From contig NC_068985.1 in assembly GCF_001194135.2 (NCBI RefSeq), positions 44,269,697 to 44,333,696 on the forward strand: a stretch of 64,000 nt of DNA. Reading direction: 5' to 3'. Shown here in pieces: positions 60,951 to 64,000 of the stretch. The notes under the pieces are model-generated. The model was not told the DNA's origin, made no database searches, and was given only the letters and a program-made list of their open reading frames with translations. The stretch comes from Octopus bimaculoides (taxonomy: Eukaryota). The stretch's first letter is position 1. Every line of letters starts with the position of its first letter. A program made the position numbers and the translations under genes.

Positions 60951-61305
60951 GCTGTGTGGTAAGAAATTTGCTTCTCACCCATATGGTTCTGAGTTCAGTC
61001 CCATAGTGTAGAACCTTGGGCAAGTGTCTTCTACTATACCCCAGGTCAACCAAAGCCTTGTGAGTGGATTTAGTGGATGGAAACTGAAAGCCCATTGTAT
61101 ATACATATATGTGTGTGTTTGTCTCCCATCACCACTTGACAAGTGGTGCTGGTGTGCTTATGTCCCTGTAACTTAGCAGTTTGGCAATACAGACTGATAG
61201 AATTAGAATTGGACTTAAAAAAATAAGTACTGGGGGGTCGATCCATTTGACTAAAAATTCTTCAAGTTGGTGGCCCAGCATGACTGCAGTCTAATGACTA
61301 AAAGA
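60950..61305 (+). mobile_element. Full-length family C SINE (older)
   Basis: All modules present. Confidence 0.8.
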
Positions 61306-61353
61306 AAAAATAATATATATATATATATATATAGATGGAGAAAAAGAGACAGT

Positions 61354-61399
<46 letters not shown>

Positions 61400-62059
61400 G
61401 TGAGAGAGAGAGAGAGACAGGTAGATCAATAAAAGACTTTAAAAAAAACAACTTAATACCTAAAACAAAGGTTAAACGCAAATGCCCAACAGGAGATGTG
61501 GCAGATGGGAGTTGGAGGGACAAGGATGGGGTGAAGGTACTGATAAAACAGAAAAGCGATAAGAGATGTCACTTTGTAGATGATGGAGAGAACGAAGGGA
61601 GAAAAATACTTTAGAAAAGTTTAAAACAAGAAAAAGAATAAGCAGAAGAGGGGGGGGGGGTAAAAAAAAGAGAGAAATTTCAAAAACAGTATGTCTAGGA
61701 AAGAAATAAAAGACAAAAATGAAAATGAATTTCATTAGCTAAATAATAGTTATTAGTTTATTTGCAGAAACATTTATTTGTGGTGTACTGTTGTTACACT
61801 TGCATAAAAATATATATTCAATTCTTGCTTTACAGAAGAATTTAAGATTGGAACTAAAATTTGCAAAGAGAATAAACCACATGATTGGTGCAATTTGTGT
61901 CACATGACTTTGTGTTAGTCTTCAAATGAAGGAGATGCCAAATGGTTGTTCAGTCTGCAAGAAATTACTTTATGTGTCATGAGGTGGTGGTGGTGGGTGC
62001 GTGTGAGGATTTTGAGTTGCCAAGTAGGAGGATGACTCTGATATAGATCTGAAAATCTT

Positions 62060-62270
62060 GAGATAAAAGGACATCTATGTGGTAAGCCAACCTGGTAGAA
62101 ATAGCCACCAAAGCTCCCTCAAATCAAACCTCTCTGTCTTATAGATGTAGAGTATACATCAGATAATGTAGCTATAGATACAAGCAAAAAGACTAGATTA
62201 CATTGGCTGGAATATCTTTAATGACTGGCCCACTTAACCACAGTTAACCCAGGGTTAAAGAACAACCAGT
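62060..62270 (+). mobile_element. Old Nin/Deu-like SINE
   Basis: CCTGGTAGAAATAGCCACCAAAGCTCCCTCAAATCAAACC..GGGTTAAAGAACAAC. Confidence 0.55.
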
Positions 62271-62689
62271 GCTATTTGAAGATTGAAAATGCTTTCCTGT
62301 ACATGCTCTAAGTTAGCAACCATACTTAATGTCTTTCCATATGGTCCATATGTTCTATGTTATTTATAAATATAATTTGTTATGTCTGCATAACCATAAT
62401 TAGTCTTGCTGAGTTAATGAGAGCATGTAATTAGAGAGTACATTACAGTAATATTGATGATGATGATGAATTCTCTGTCAGTTTTGATGATAAGCATGCA
62501 TTTGTCCAATCAATAGAACTACCTACTTGTTAAATTAACCTGTAAGTGACGAAGTAGTATTCCGTGAGCATTTGTACTTTTATTGAAATTTTCAGGCTGA
62601 ATCAGAGTGAATACTAAAAATAAAACAAGTACAATCCATTCAGCAGGTTTCCACACAGTTTCCCCTCCTTCCAGTTTCAACCACAGTCA

Positions 62690-62880
62690 CAACAAGGTTC
62701 AGTCTTTGTTACGGTGTGGTGGTTTGTGGTGTCTCAATGGTCCTGAGAGCCACATCAGTATAGTGCAAGTCCCTGGCAGGGTCCCCCATGCTGTACATAG
62801 TCAAAGGATAAAAGGCCAGGTTAATATGGGCTACTTCTTGCTACAGGTAAAAATGGGTTTCCATATGGGCCAACCAACAC
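62690..62880 (+). mobile_element. Possible RTE-LINE 5'UTR remnant
   Basis: GTGGTTTGTGGTGTCTCAATGGTCCTGAGAGC..CCCTGGCAGGGTCCCCCATG resembles recalled RTE 5'UTR leaders; unverified. Confidence 0.35.
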
Positions 62881-63245
62881 ACCTGCTTATAAAAAATTCA
62901 AAGTTACTGAAGTGTGAACAACAATTCAAAACAAGACTAAGAAGAGGAAGGCCTTCAGAGACCTCCAGACACACAGATGGGGGGAGGGGGAAATGCCTTG
63001 CAGGATTTTAGGCAAAAAAGTCAACCCCAGCCCATATTTTTTTTTTAAGCCTGGAACTTATTGTATCAATCTCTTTTGCCAAACTGCTAGTTTATGGAGA
63101 TATGAACAAACACAAAGACATACATATATACATATATATATATGGGAGAATGTACGGAAAAAAACAACAACAGACGAGGACAGGTGGTGTAAACAACAAA
63201 AGGATGTATTAGTTTGACGCTCGGGAATACAGAATGTATTATATA

Positions 63246-63324
<79 letters not shown>

Positions 63325-63326
<2 letters not shown>

Positions 63327-63612
63327 GTAAAAGGTAAAGACCCCCTTCAGTCATCAATGACCATGAGATTGCACTCAGAAAGTTACCTGCTGAGGCACAA
63401 GTCTAGGCAAGATTGTTTATGGATGACCAACATTTGCCCATGCATACCAGTCTCCCCTCTCCATGCCACTGATGTCATCCAAGGGAAAGGCAAAGGCCAA
63501 TACAGCTTGACACCTGTGATGCCGCAATTCATTTCTACAGCTGAATAAACTGAAGCAACACACCGCCTGGTTCAGGAATTGAACTCACTATCTCATGATT
63601 GTGAGCCTGACG
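63325..63612 (-). mobile_element. tRNA-derived SINE (family F)
   Basis: Reverse complement GTGGTGCAGTGATTAGAGCG..GTGAGTTCAATTCC head; GAAGGGGGTCTTTACCTTT tail. Confidence 0.7.
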
Positions 63613-63629
63613 CTCTAATCACTGCACCA

Positions 63630-63770
63630 CACACACAATAGGTTTCTTTCAGTTTCCATCTACCAGATCCACTCATAAGGCTTTGGTTGGCCTGGGTCTA
63701 TAGTAGAAGACACTTGCCCAGTTCCACATGGTTGGGAAGCAAACTTCTTAACACACAAGCATGCTCGCAT
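63630..63770 (-). mobile_element. Family C SINE 5' half with an internal deletion
   Basis: TTCTTTCAGTTTCCATCTACCAGATCCACTC..GGGAAGCAAACTTC. Confidence 0.7.
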
Positions 63771-64000
63771 CTACAACATAATTTATCTCTGTTATTAAGA
63801 CAGAAGCTTCTACATGATGCTGATGTTTCTCAAAGAGAATTATTTCTTAGCATTCTTGGGTTGCTGGACAGCATATTGATTTTGCAGTTCCCTCCAATTC
63901 TTGCTTATTACTCCAACAGTAAAATAACCATGACAGAATTGCTAATCAATCTGTACTTGAGTATTTTCATTCAAATATACCCATGTTTATTAATTGTTAT

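Noticed and set aside
62607-63011. 134-aa ORF as a host gene
   Set aside because: Non-ATG start, no domain, overlaps a probable LINE leader

Overview
AT-rich eukaryotic scaffold with N gaps and an extreme density of (TA)n/(CA)n/(AAT)n/(GAT)n microsatellites. The repeat make-up points to a coleoid cephalopod, most likely Octopus (inference). Nearly all of the window is intronic/intergenic and built from retroelement debris. (A) About 20 5'-truncated 3' ends of an RTE-clade LINE, whose 3'UTR holds a ~62-nt multi-hairpin repeat that expands into minisatellites. (B) A (TTA)n-associated tRNA-SINE. (C) A composite tRNA/CORE-like SINE with an internal microsatellite. (D) An (AAT)n-flanked non-autonomous element. 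Also present: older Nin/V-like SINEs, R4/Dong-type RLE LINE fragments, Penelope-like fragments, a Tc1/mariner remnant, a Gypsy integrase tail and several MITE-like hairpins. The most notable signals are three recognisable minimal type-I hammerhead ribozyme motifs (17856, 24330, 48140) plus four decayed ones. One of them lies in a complete 5'-inverted Penelope-like insertion with a 13-bp TSD and a tRNA-like head. No host gene can be named. The best coding candidate is a 102-nt WD40-like exon at 43366-43467 (+); other exon calls are weak. All family assignments are by eye, with no database search.
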